This document shows, in pieces, positions 34,601-64,000 of a stretch of DNA of 64,000 nucleotides. The DNA is taken from the NCBI GenBank assembly GCA_012295275.1, contig CM022665.1:44702001-44766000 (forward strand), given 5' to 3'. The position numbers were made by a program, and so were the translations under genes. Below the pieces are notes generated by a model. It was not told the origin of the DNA. It worked only from the letters and a program-made list of their open reading frames with translations, and made no database searches. Origin of the DNA: Chrysomallon squamiferum. Lineage: Eukaryota > Animalia > Mollusca. Position 1 is the stretch's first letter, and the number at the start of each line of letters is the position of its first letter.

Positions 34601-36083
34601 GTGTGTTTGTGTAAGCAAGCGCGTATGTGTATCTTTTGTGTGTTAAATTTATAAATCATAATTAAGGTTTTGATCTTTTTTTTTCTGCCTTGCTTAGGAG
34701 AACAGTTCAGGTAAGATAAGTGTAGTGTTGGGTTGGTTTGGTTACTGTTGTATATATTTAATTTTTATTATTATTTTTTATTCTGTTGATAATTCTAGGA
34801 CATGGATTTTGTGGTTATAATTATTACTGTTTTGTTTTGTTCTTTTATTGGCTTCTTTTGCTGTTATATTTAAATTCTGTTGATTATTATTTAATGTGTT
34901 GATATGCAAATGAATATCCATTGTTTGCTCTAATATACATTACATACACATGCAAACCCACACATGATTAGTCAGTCATATCTAAACATTGTTGAAAAAA
35001 TGTTTTTAAGAATTTTTTTTTTTTTGTGTAGCCTTTTAAAGTACAGTTTCATGTACTTGTCAAATATTTATGAAATAAATGTTATTTGCCTAATCTGTTT
35101 TTCAATGTTACACTATACAAACACAATCAGATATATTATATACACATATGTACAAAGTACAGTCATCTTTATAATTTAAATAAACTGGATTTTGTATAAT
35201 TGTTTTATTTTTGTATATATTGGAAACGTTTAATTATATCTTGCATGAGTGAATATTTAGCATGCATGGATGGAGTTTGAACATACGAATCGAAAAAAAT
35301 GCAAATTTATGACATCTGTGTTTTTCAATTATTTTTATTTTTATTTTATTTTTAAATCCATAAGCCAGATAGAACATGCAGTTTAAATGTGTATCACTGA
35401 TAATTAACGACAATTTCTTTTTTTCTCACTATGTCGAAGCTAAAAATTATAACGCAGTAATATGGCTATTTGAGTCTATCTTTTATAGTGAAAAGTTAAA
35501 AACTATTTTTTTTTTAAATGCATGTGATGTGAAAATTAAATGTATACTGAACACAACAATGTTTATGTTAATGTCTCAGTCTGTAAGCTTATAAATAAAA
35601 ACCAAAACAATAGTAATAAATAATAATTTTAATGATGATGATGTTGATGATGATAATGAAGATTATAAAAAATAAAGTAGAAAGACAACTGTGTCGATCC
35701 TTCCCAAATAAAAATCTTATCAGATATTTCTTTATATTATTTTCTAAACTAAACCTCCTGAGCATAATTAAACAAAATAATTTTATTATTATTTTTTTAA
35801 ATATTATTATTATATTTCCTACAAAAGAAAACTGAAAAATTAATCAAGTAAAAATAAATAATCATGGATTTTATTCATCTGAAAATTTAAAAATTTAATG
35901 GGTTTTTTTAAATTATTCTTATATATATTTTTATTTAACTTCAGCCATGGAACTCGTTGTGCTGGTGAAATTGCATCCAAGGCTGGAAATAATGTCTGTG
36001 GAGTTGGCATAGCTTTTGGAGCCAGAATCGGGGGTAAATGTTTTAGTTATCACTTCACATGCAAAAATCCATGACAGACTGAG

Positions 36084-36118
<35 letters not shown>

Positions 36119-39100
36119 ATAATAAAAAAAAAAAAAATGGCGCATATAATAACTTAAAAAAAATTTTTATGATTTTATTCAGTTGTGGTGCATCAGACAT
36201 AATTAAAATGCATTACTTAATTTAGATAATTTTTACGATTTTTAAAAAAGAAAGTTATTTTGTCTGATAAGCTGACATATTATTAAAATACCTTATTGAT
36301 TATTAATTTATTCTGGATTGATTTATTAATTTATTTTAGGTGTGAGGATGCTTGATGGTAAAAATAAAGGTCATATCATCTGATAAACTGACATATTATT
36401 AAAATACATTATTGATTATTATTTTTAATTGATTTATTGATTTATTTTAGGTGTGAGGATGCTTGACGGCACTGTCACCGACTCTCTCGAGGCTGCAGCT
36501 CTGAACTTCAACATCGACTACATCGACATTCTGAGTGCTTCGTGGGGTCCAAAAGATGACGGCAGAACAATGGAGACTCCCAAACACTATGCAACTCAAG
36601 CTTTGGAACATGGTGCTAAACATGTGAGTGGAATATTAGAAATATTTTTACACAAAAACAAATGATCTTTTTTTTAAAATTTTGTTTGTTTGTTTAGGTC
36701 AGGGCTGTGCAACCTGTGGCCATGCAAAGGATGTCACCTCATCACATTTAATGTCTCCTTTGAAATCTAACGAAGCTGCTTGTCATATAAAAAACCTCAT
36801 ACAGATGCCATACACAACAATATGTCCAGTATTCATTTTTAGATCGGGACAGTTTTAAAGTTGTTTAATTTAATAAAAGTAATAAATAATATTAATAACC
36901 GCTTTATTTTGACTTTAATGGGAATGATGGAGAATGACGTCAGTTCTCATGGAAACAAGGTAAATGCACTCATTATTTATATGCAGCATTTTAAGTCACA
37001 GATGTTCACTGTTAGAAAGTTATGCAAAATCATGTATGTTACCCTTTCAGATTATGTGTAATCACAATGACATTTGTGCGGCCATAGTGTCAGTGAGAGT
37101 TAAAACACTTTGGCCTATAAAATCAGAAAGTCTGTGCACCCTTGGTTTAGGTTATAGTGTAGTTGTAAAACACAAGAGTAACAATGTTTAAATTTTAACA
37201 TGGAAATTAAATGCATTGGACTGTCTAAGCAGCCTGATTTAAAACAGATGTAAAAATAGCATTCAAACAAGAATTAAATTTTAATGAATCTATTCCTGTT
37301 TTGTTGTTTGGGATGAACAGTATAGTCATTTGTCATAATAGGTTTGTTTATTTGGGAAATAATTTAGGAAATAGCTATTTTATTTCTACTGATAGGACTC
37401 TTATCATACAAGTTATCATGAATAATAGTATATACATTTTATTTTATATTTAATTACAGAAATGTAAAATGATAGTTAAATAGATAAACTGTTTCATTTT
37501 CACTGTCTTGTACCAGTTGGAATCTTAACACACAGGAGTAAATTATCATGAACAATATTATATACTGTCAGCTACTAACATTTATATTTATTTTATTACA
37601 CAGAGGAAAATTAAAAGGATCAGTTAATGCTAGTTTGAATAGATTATATAAATAAACTATTTTATTTCCAAATTTTTTTTTTTGGGGGGCTAATATTATT
37701 CTTTTCACAGAGATGTAAGTTATCATAAATAATAATATACAGTGTCAGTTATAACATTTTTATTTAATTAATGTAAAAATGGTAGCTAAATGGATAAACT
37801 ATTTCATTTCTACTGTGTAAAATGGTAGTTAAATGGATAAACTAGTTTATTTCTACTGTGTAAAATGGTAGTTAAATGGATAAACTATTTTATTTCTACT
37901 GTGTAAAATGGTAGTTAAATGGATAAAACTATTTTATTTCTACTGTGTAAAATGGTAGTTAAATGGATAAAACTATTTTATTTCTACTGTGTAAAATGGA
38001 AAAACTATTTGCTTTCTACTGAGTAAAATGGAAAAACTATTTGCTTTCTACTGTGTAAAATGGTAAAACTATTTGCTTTCTACTGTGTAAAATGGTAAAA
38101 CTATTTTATTTCTGCTATGTTTTGCATATGTGTCATCATATGGGCCAATGGGTTGTCATGAATAATAACAACATACAAGGTCAGCTACAAAATTTTAAAA
38201 AAATTTAAATCTGTTGTACAGGGAAGACATGGGAAAGGAACAATCTATGCATGGGCGACTGGTAATGGGGGAGCCAATGATGACGACTGTGGTGCTGACG
38301 GCTACGTCTCCAGCATTTACACGCTGTCGTTTGGCTCCATCACAGACATGGGTCGACGGCCGTACTTCATGGAGAACTGCACTTCGACCTTGGCAGTGGT
38401 GCCCTCTGGTGGGGAGGAGGTAAAGGGAGAGGAGAGAGTGCACGACAGAGTCAAACTGAAGGTGGTAAGTTTAAAAACTTGATTCGTTTATAAAAGATTC
38501 GGTTTCAGGTTGTGTGTTGGAAAGGTTTTGTGACATTCATTCTATGAGGTTTTTTTTTTTTATTTATTGCTGAATCAGAGATTTCTGTGGATTCAGACTG
38601 TAAAACTTGATTATGTTTGGCTAAGATGGTATATTTTTTTGGTCCATTTAAAAAGAAAAAATAGTCTTGGACAAGTATCATTGCTTTTAATGCCATATTT
38701 AAATGTTTTATATCCTGAAACAAAAACAGTAAAAAGTAGTTAGACATCTTAACATTAATATGGTTGTCCTTTGATTTTCACTGAGTGTTATGGAATGAAT
38801 TGTAACAATTGTCCTTTCTGAGAATGAGTCATCATTGTTGCTTATTAATACTCTAGTGACAAAGCATAAGGTGTCTGTTAGGCTAGTGACATAGTGTAAG
38901 GTGTTTGTTAGACTAGTGACATAGTGTAAGGTGTCTGTTAGGCTAGTGACATAGTGTATAATGTCTGTTAGACTAGTGACATAGTGTAAGGTGTCTGTTA
39001 GACTAGTGACATAGTGTAAGGTGTCTGTTAGACTAGTGACATAGTGTATAATGTCTGTTAGACTAGTGACATAGTGTATAATGTCTGTTAGACTAGTGAC

Positions 39101-41914
39101 AAAGTGTATAATGTCTATTAGACTAGTGACACAGTGTAATGTGTCTTGTAGACTAGTGACAAAGAGTAACATGTGTCTAATAGATTAGTGACAAAGTTAT
39201 AATGTCTATTAGACTAGTGACACAGTGTAATGTATCTATTAGACTAGCGACACAGTGTAACGTCTATTAGACTAGTGACAAAGTGTAACGTGTCTAATAG
39301 ACTAGTGACAAAGTGTATAATGTCTATTAGAGTAGTGACACAGTGTAATGTGTCTATTAGACTAGTGACACAGTGTAACATGTCTATTAGACTAGTGACA
39401 AAGTGTAACGTGTCTATTAAACTAGTGACACAGTGTAAGGTGTCTATTAGATTAGAAACATCGAGTAAGACATCTGTAAAGAAACTTGTGTCAGTGAGTA
39501 AGGTGTTTATTAGACTAGTGACATAGTGTAATGTGTCTATTAGTAAGATGTCTGTAAAGAGACTTGTGACAAAGAGTAAGGTGTCTGGTTTCAGGTGACC
39601 ACTGATGTGAACAACAAGTGCATTGAGAACTTTCAGGGGACTTCAAGTGCTGCCCCTCTAGCTGCTGGATGTCTGGCTCTTGTACTGCAAGCCAAGTAAA
39701 TTGTTTTATTCTTTCATAACAATCAAATAAATCAACAATTTAATTATCCTTGTGCATTATATTAGCCTTTTCTTTTCCTAGCCAGTGTCTTATTTGTTTT
39801 ATTTAACAAAGATAATGATGTATACTTTCCTGTCTGTTGTACAATATATAACAGGGTTTTTTCTTTAGTATATTAAAGTAGATAATAGATAGACAAGTAA
39901 TGTGTCCTCTTTTGTATTATATGTTAAAAAATGAAATGTATGAAATCCAGGTAAATCCAGTAATAGTTAAAAAAATTGAATGTTTTAAACGAAATAATGT
40001 ACTGCTGTATTATCAAGCAAAGGTTCATTTATTTCATTTTTCGGTCTGCTTGTAAGTACAGGTAATCTAGAATATAATTTTGTAAAAAAAATTCTTAAGA
40101 TTTGTTTAACAGAAAATTACTTAAGTAAAATTTGTTGAATAAGTTAATTTTTATTTATAAATAATCATAGTATTTTCTGTGTATTCCAGTCCACACTTGA
40201 CATGGAGAGATGTACAGCACATTGTTGTACGTGGTTCACGTTTGCCAAGCGTAGATAACTCGTGGATTATCAATGGCGCCAATCTACATGTGAGTCATTC
40301 GTTTGGTTTTGGTGTCATGGATTGTGGAGAGATGGTTAGATTGGCACAAAACTGGCAGATGGTTCCTGAACAGCATGTTTGTCACTACAACAGATTTGGA
40401 CTTTATAAGTAAGTAAAAAAAAATAATAATATATATACATATATATGTGCTTGCTAGTGATTCTTGAGAAAGTATTAAGAAAAATGAACTTGTTTTGTTT
40501 CAAATTAGTTCAGTTTGGTTGTTTGACATCCCATTTGTATGTAATCTAGGATTGAATTTTAATTCTAAGATTCTGAAGCATGACTCCATATTTAAATATA
40601 TTAATTTAATCCTTGTATAACATGATGTTAATGTAATGGCTGCCAATTTTTTTTAACAGTATAGAGTATGGAAATGACACTACTAAAATGTAGACAGATT
40701 ATAGAGAAATTCAGATTGTGAAATATTTCATCACATCTCCATATTTAAATATATTTATATTAATCCTTGTATAACACAATGTTAATGTAATGGCTGCAAA
40801 AATGTTTTTACAATATAGTAAATGGAAAAGATTCTAATAATATGCAGACAGAAATTAAGTTTAAAAGATTAAAGTTGGAAATATTTCATCACAACTCCAT
40901 ATTAACATATATTTAATTTAATCCTTGTATAACACGATGTTAACATTTTAGCAGTGTATGCAGACAGAAATTAAGTTTAAAAAATAAAAAAAATTAAATT
41001 TCAGAGAAATTCACAGTAACGGTTTTACCCAGGACTACATTTATATTTCCGGAGGCTGCGTGAACAATGCTGAAACTCGCATCGAAGCTCTCGAACACGT
41101 CCAGATAAAGGTCAAAATCGACCACAATCGCCGCGGCGACATCCAGATATTCCTCACCTCCCCGTCGGGAACCCGTTCCGAGATGCTGTCCCCGCGGTCG
41201 AACGACGATGTGGTCGGAGGCGTCGACTTCACCTTCATGACCGTCCACTCGTGGATGGAGAGGCCGCATGGGGTGTGGTCGCTGGAAGTGCACAACAACC
41301 CAGGGTCATCCGGCCGGAGTCATTCCGGTCAGCTCGTCCAGTGGGAACTGGTGCTGTACGGAACCAGTGGGTACAGGTTCGACGACGTTTCAGCTCGTCA
41401 CGTGCTGCAGACGCAGGTGACGTCACACACGTTGCAGGGACACCTGGTTCGGGTGATGGAAGAGGAGGAAAAGAGATCGAAGTTTTTGATGTTGCGGAGG
41501 CTGTCGCACGACGACGCGAAGGACGACGATGATGATGTTGAAGAAAGTGTCCGGAATAGACGGGTTGGCGACGAGAATGATGGAGGAGAATTGTCCAGAC
41601 GAAAGCCCAGTCGTACAGAACAAAGGAATTCCGATAATTCTCTTAAATCACTTTCAAACAATGAACACAGTCTTAAAAACGATGATTTGGCTGAGAAAGA
41701 GATGATGATCGACGAATTTCTGAAACATTTACGAAAGGAAATAAGTGTTGAAAATGATGAGAATGAGAATCAGCCTGAAACCAAAGAGTATCTGAGTGAG
41801 GATTGTTTTCTGTCTGAGAAGGCAAAGAGTGATTTGAAGACGAGAGCTGACAATGACGAGAGTGTGAGAAGAGCGTTAGAAAAACTTGTGGAATTTTTGG
41901 AAACCGAGAGTTAA
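31220..41914 (+). CDS. Proprotein convertase, PC1/3-like ('PC3-like endoprotease' type) subtilisin/kexin S8B protease, 813 aa
   Basis: Eleven phase-consistent exons: 31220-31390, 32047-32148, 32292-32495, 32948-33094, 33944-34026, 35945-36033, 36451-36623, 38222-38464, 39595-39695, 40190-40408, 41005-41914 (2442 nt). Signal peptide, prodomain with RSKR and REKR, catalytic Asp (ILDDG), His (HGTRCAGE), oxyanion Asn (WATGNGG), Ser (QGTSSAAP), P domain with RRGD. No Cys-rich or TM region. Confidence 0.96.
36700..37144. mobile_element. Non-autonomous hAT (Charlie-like) element, 445 bp, in a convertase intron
   Basis: Exact 8-bp target-site duplication GTTTAGGT at 36692-36699 and 37145-37152. Degenerate TIRs CAGGGCTGTGCAACCT and (reverse complement) CAAGGGTGCACAGACT, 10/16 identical. 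Confidence 0.8.
37390..38200. repeat. Nested intronic repeat: degenerate long units with an internal 30-42 bp minisatellite (about 37771-38117)
   Basis: TGTAAAATGGTAGTTAAATGGATAAACTATTTTATTTCTACTG is repeated, then shortens to about 31-bp units; TTATCATGAATAATA...TGTCAGCTA recurs near 37412, 37543, 37720 and 38153. Confidence 0.85.
38852..39594. repeat. 30-bp minisatellite, roughly 24 copies
   Basis: Unit GACTAGTGACATAGTGTAAGGTGTCTGTTA and variants, head-to-tail without spacers, ending at the acceptor of the catalytic-Ser exon. Confidence 0.95.
40580..41004. repeat. About 155-bp intronic tandem repeat, 3 copies, before the last convertase exon
   Basis: CTCCATATTTAAATATATT.A.TTAATCCTTGTATAACA..ATGTTAA at about 40585, 40737 and 40894. 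Confidence 0.85.
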
Positions 41915-42001
41915 TGATTGTGACAAATGTCCTTAACAGACTGAGTACTCGGAATGTAGGCATAATAATAATACGATGATGAAGATGATTAGTTGTTGTT
42001 G

Positions 42002-42098
<97 letters not shown>

Positions 42099-42761
42099 TT
42101 TTATTTTATATAATATTTTATTTTTTTTTATTATTTTTATTTGTGACACTTTACTTAACAAATTGGGCATTTATTTATTTATTTATATATTTCCTGTTTT
42201 GACTGTGGCAACTTTTATTTAAATTGTTATTAAATAATCATGTTGATCACAGTGAACTTTTGACTGTTTGTTTGTGAAAGAGACATATTGTACAGACAGA
42301 AAAACATATGAAACAAGACAGTTAAGAACTTTTTTTACAAAATAAAACTGAATGAACTGTTGTTGATAATAGACAATTAATTTCACCAATGTTGTTATAA
42401 ATTTTGTTATTTTTTTGTTAATGTGTATATATAAATATTCTGTTGTTGTTGCATATTTAATAGTGTTAATATTTAGTTTTTAAATGATAGTTTTTATATT
42501 ATTTGTGAAAAGAAAATGTTTGGTAAAATATTTTCTGCTTTGTAAAATTGCTACACATGTTTAATATAGATATTTCATGTTTATAGATGTGAAATACTGA
42601 AAATTGTGAATATATATACACCGTAGAAATAATGGATCTACAGTGAAATGAATATTTGAAAACTTTTAAGTGTTGAAAGTAATTTCATATTTAAAGTTGT
42701 ATGAAAAATAAGTATAAAACCATTTATTTTTGAATTTATTAATGTAAAACTGATATAAAAA

Positions 42762-42881
<120 letters not shown>

Positions 42882-43684
42882 ATTTAAATTAAAATTTTTG
42901 TTTATATTTTTTCGGTTAATTGTAGTTGATAATCTACAGCATGAATCTGTATAAAAGTGTATTATTATTTTCATGTCCTTACATATTTAATATTTATTTC
43001 CATGTTATATATTTACTGTTTTGTTGTTCTTAAATAATCATGCGATTTCAACAGTTTCTGTTTCCTTGTTTAATGGAAATAAAATGTGAGCTGAAAAATT
43101 TGTTCTGCTTTGTTGAATTTACTTACAAGTCAAAGTTATTATAATACAATCAGGTATTTTGTCACAGGTATAATTATGGTTTCTGGGTTTGTGTTACTAA
43201 ACCTTGGATGACTGTATAAAATAATGTAATTATGTCTTGTATATGTGTACCTAATTTAAATACAATCTACAGATAAGAATTTTTAAAACCCACATGAATC
43301 ACATTAACTACAGTATTCTAGTATACTGTATATCATTATAAAAATACTATCAATTGTACAGTAATTAAAAAAAAAATTTACTATCAGTTATAATAATAAT
43401 AATAAACAAATAATTAATAAAATTGACATTCAAATGAAGGAAAATAACAGCAAGAAATAAAATATCCTATATAATGTATATCATTTTTGTATTATCAACA
43501 GGAGTACGTGTACTAGTAGCAAATGAAAAGAAAAACACTTAAATTTAAAAAAAAATATTTTAATACACAAAAATACTATAACAGTTATAATATATGAAAC
43601 TGATAAAATGTTCCCTCAAAAATAAGGTTTTATTAAATTTTATTTACAGTATCAGATATGACGATGCACTAGAAATAAATAATT

Positions 43685-59097
<15,413 letters not shown>

Positions 59098-59240
59098 TCC
59101 GAAAAGACGTCGTGTACCGTGGTCTGTCGTCTGCTGTATTTAAAATGGAGTCCCGTGCCCGGTGTTTACTCTGTAAACTAATAAAAAGAGGACTGACATA
59201 AATCTGTTTTAAAGTATATTTACTGACGTACATAAATATA

Positions 59241-59274
<34 letters not shown>

Positions 59275-60420
59275 TACATATATACACACATAATACATAC
59301 ATACACACATACGTACATACATACATACATATATATACATACATACACACACATACATATTTACACACAATACATACATACGTACATACATACATATATA
59401 CATACATACACACATACATACATATAAAAATACATACGCACATACATACATACACACGTACATACATATACACACACACATAATACATACATACACATAT
59501 ACATACATATATATATATATATACAAACATAGAAACATATATACATATATACAACACATATACCATTAATACATTCATACGTACATAAATATGCATACAT
59601 ACATACATACATACACACATACATACATACATACATACATACATACATTCACACACACACATACACACACATATATATATATATATACAACGCATAAAAC
59701 ATTAATAGATAGAGACGTTCGTAAATGCAACTTCAAAATGAAAAAATCAGTTTATGACTACATTAAATTTGCGATCATGCTTGTATAAAATTTACGTGCA
59801 TATCTCATATGTTTTACAGCATGTACTGTTTTTTTCCTTTACCCAACAACCATTCAAATGTTTACATAATTATTTTTTTTATCACAAAAAAATATTTTAA
59901 TATAACATTTTGCCTTTTGTCAGTCGAAAAACAAACCATCCACTTTAATGTAAAAAACAAACCATCCACTTTAATGTTAAAAACAACAACAAAAAACTAA
60001 AAAAAAAAAAAAAAAATTATTATTGATTACATAATTAGCTCTTTCATGACAAACCTGTTTTAAGAAAATATTTTGCCTTTTGTCTGTCGTCCATTTTTAA
60101 ACTTAAAAAATACAATTTTCTCTTTATTCTAGATTTAAAAAAAAAATTATTATCATTATTATTATTAAAAAATAAATATATATATTATATATATCTATCA
60201 TATCTATCTATCTATATATATATTTTTCCTTATCGTGTAATAATATTTTAAACGTACTTACCGAAAGGCCTCAGAAACCGTTTTACTTACACCAGGTTCA
60301 GATAAAAACTAGTGTCAAGCATTACGTATGCAGCTTTTTATCAGGCAGCATTTTCAAAAGATGTTTCAGCGTAATGCATTTGTTGAAAAATCTAATAAAA
60401 ATATATGCACCATTGAATCA

Positions 60421-60451
<31 letters not shown>

Positions 60452-60578
60452 CCATGTATCTCTCGTATCATGTTCTTACTCAATATTTTAAATTTTTTTT
60501 CCCTTTCAAATGACTCATGATGCCAAATTATTTATCGCTCTATTTAGAAATACATTCATGTTCACACATATACGTTTT

Positions 60579-60629
<51 letters not shown>

Positions 60630-60679
60630 GTCGCATTACTTGCTTCTAGAAAACACCAAGTTAGACATACAACAGAGGC

Positions 60680-61129
60680 AGTAATAACAGTAGTTGATGT
60701 GGTTGTAATAGTGGTAGCTGTAGTAGAAGAAGCGGTTGTAGTAGTAGTAGTAGTATTGGAAATAGCAGCTCTAGTTGTAATATTAGCTAACAGTAGTTTT
60801 TGTCGTAGTAGCAGTAGTAGCAGCAGCAGTAGTAGTAGTGATTGTAGCAGAAGCAGTTGTAGTAGTAGTAGCAGAAGTAGTAGTAGCAATAGTAGCAAGT
60901 AGCAATACTAGCAGCAGTAGCAGTACCAGTAGTAGTAGTAGTAGCAGTAATAGTGGTAGTAGTAATAGTAGTAGTAGCCGTAGCAGTAGTAGCAGTAGTA
61001 GTAATAGCAGCAGTAGTAGTAGCAGTAATAGTAGTAGTAGTAGTAACAGCAGTAGTAGTAGTGTCACTAATAGTGGAGCAGTAGTAGTAGTGTCAATAGT
61101 AGTAGTAGTAGCAGTAGTAGTAGTAGTAA

Positions 61130-61162
<33 letters not shown>

Positions 61163-61232
61163 CAGTAGTAGCAATAATAGTAGTAGTAGTAGTAGCAGTA
61201 ATATTATTAGTAGTGGTAGTAGTAGCAGTAGT
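60680..61232. repeat. Compound (GTA/GCA)n tract between divergent gene starts
   Basis: Directly visible trinucleotide repeats. Confidence 0.9.
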
Positions 61233-61557
61233 AAACAAACAAACAGACACCCAAAAAAACAAATAGATAGATAGACAGACAGACAGATAGATTGATAAAC
61301 AGATAGATAAATACGACAATAAATAATAAAACATAATAATAATAAAAAAAAAAAACGTGATATGAATAACATGCTGGTTTCTAAGTGTAACTGTGTGTGT
61401 TCATACATACATTATCTTAGAAAACAATGCACAGAAAATAGCTTTAAAAAAAAAATAAAAAAAAAAAAATCCAGTAAATTATCAAGAGGACCATGACGTC
61501 AGCTGATAACTTTTCTCTAACTACGACAACACTCTCGCCATATCACTTCTGTCAGCG

Positions 61558-61638
61558 ATGGACGAGCTTATTACAGAAGAAGAAAACCGCGACGGCTACA
61601 CCAACCCCAGCTTTAACGACAACGATGAGATTCCAAAG
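61558..61638 (+). CDS. First coding exon of a gene continuing beyond the window (possible membrane transporter or FLVCR paralog)
   Basis: GCGATGG start context, MDELITEEENRDGYTNPSFNDNDEIPK, donor AAG|GTTTGT in phase 0, TGACGTCA at 61494-61501. Candidate second exon 63685-63709 (FQSVRNIP, phase 0 to 1). Confidence 0.6.
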
Positions 61639-61679
61639 GTTTGTCAGTATGCCCACCTGTCTGTCTGTCCATCGACATT

Positions 61680-62335
<656 letters not shown>

Positions 62336-64000
62336 ACTAGGTATCTTATTATATTATTTTATTATTCTATCATCATAATATCATTTGCGGTGGCAACATC
62401 ACGTTATTGTCTTTAGCTAGAGATAATTAACAATTCATCCACTCAGGTCAAAGGTCTTAAGATAAAATGATAATTAACCTTTTTCAACTCTCATCTGATT
62501 AAATATTTATAAAGATCGGGATACAGAGCTGAATTTAATTCAACAAAATAAAGCGAAAATAAAAAAACATTAAATAAAAAGTATATATATATATATATAT
62601 ACCTTAAAACAGTCAAACTTTTATAGCAAATCGTTAAATCGATGATAGTCTAAAGCAAAAACAAACAAAAAATGTTCATGTCACCTAAACTTATAACAAA
62701 TGAACGTTAATGATTTATAACAATTTTTTTTTTAATTTTCTGACTCACACAGAATTGTGTCTGACAGGGTCAGGTTAATTTTTTTTTTTTTTTTATTCGT
62801 TTCGATAAATGTCGCTAGTTGCTTTAACAGTTAAAATGGCCAAACGTTTTTCTACGTCTTGTTAAATAGTGATGGTATTACGTTAAGAAATAGTTTTGAA
62901 AACGTTACATATGAGATGTTATTAAAAGCACTGAGAGAGAGAGAGAGAGAGAGAGAATGAGGGAGGGAAGAAGGGAGGGAGAGAGAGAGGGAGGGAGCGA
63001 GGGAGGGAGGGAGAGAGAGAGAGAAATAAAGAAAGAAAAAAGAGAGAGATAAAGAAAGAAAGAAGAAAGTGAAAGAGAGAAACACTACAACACTGTCACG
63101 TTGCTGTTGTCGTCGCTTTTTTTCTTTTGAAGTATCAGTTACTCTACTGCTTTTTCAAACAGTTCATACAATCATACATACATACATGCATACATACATA
63201 CATACATGTGTGAATAGATACATTACGTAAATACATATATACGTGCTCGCATATACAAATACATACATACCTATGTAAAGGTATGTGCAGATTTGTATAG
63301 AGTGTTTTTTTACAAATTTTTTTTTCTTCGAAGTTTCTATATTTAATTGTTAAGTGAACTAAGAGGCCTTTTAGGTACACTTAATGTCTGACATGATTTA
63401 AGACACATTAAACAAAAGGGTACAGTATATTAACCCTCTGTTTCATTTTCTGTAATCTAACATATGAAAATGCACAGACGCTTTGCAGAATGTATTTTTA
63501 CAAGAAGTACGCTGGTAATGTCTGTATATATGATTATTACAGATTAAATAAAATAACAAGTCATTAACAACGTGTTTGAGGTCCAAAGTAAATCGAAAAA
63601 ATGATATTCACACTTTGACTTTAAAAGTCGTTATTGGTGACGAAATGCTTGATTTTAACTCTTTTTTTTAGCCATTTTTGTCAGTTTCAAAGCGTCAGAA
63701 ATATACCAGGTATTGAGAATTTTAATATAATGATCGATATTTTTTTTTTTTTTTAATATTTCCACAAAGGGACGTAACTACGTCATGTTGCGAATCTACA
63801 AGTCTATCCAGACCGCATCCATACTGCATAATACATACATACATACATATATACATACAAACACAGAAACATACATACATATATACAACACATATACCAT
63901 TAATACATTCATACGTACATACATTTACATACATATCTACATACATACATACATACATACATACATACATACATACGTATATACACATAGAAGCATGGAA

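Noticed and set aside
38852-39594. 30-bp periodic array as CRISPR, and its ORFs (38708-39172, 39275-39526)
   Set aside because: Head-to-tail units with no unique spacers, no cas genes, inside a eukaryotic intron; the ORFs are translations of the repeat.
40994-41963. Antisense and alternate-frame ORFs over the last convertase exon (likewise 51117-51656 over FLVCR)
   Set aside because: Expected shadows of GC-rich coding exons; no motifs or splice signals of their own.

Overview
AT-rich, microsatellite-dense animal genomic DNA with spliceosomal GT-AG introns, probably an invertebrate such as a mollusc (inference from gene content and repeat style). Splicing exons by hand gives four recognisable genes. 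(1) STOML1-like SPFH+SCP2 protein (-, 5572-11926), with one expected exon garbled. (2) HUNK-like CAMK-group kinase (+, 18238-23712) with Glu at the activation-loop Thr site, followed by a partly decayed chain of tail exons to 28302. (3) An intact 813-aa PC1/3-like proprotein convertase (+, 31220-41914) with a CRE upstream. (4) An FLVCR/SLC49 transporter (-, 43685-59097) with two possible N-termini and two frameshifts that look like consensus errors. Also present: a divergent gene start at 61558 that may be a head-to-head FLVCR paralog, an unidentified disrupted ORF at 15.1-16.25 kb, hAT and Tc1/mariner-type MITEs, and many micro/minisatellites. The most unusual pattern is repeated local duplication of splice junctions in three genes, which creates candidate microexons and AG|GTAAG recursive-splice-like sites. 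I found no prokaryotic-type system, RNA gene or CRISPR array, and I cannot establish a new biological system from the sequence alone. All homology calls are from motif recognition, not database searches.
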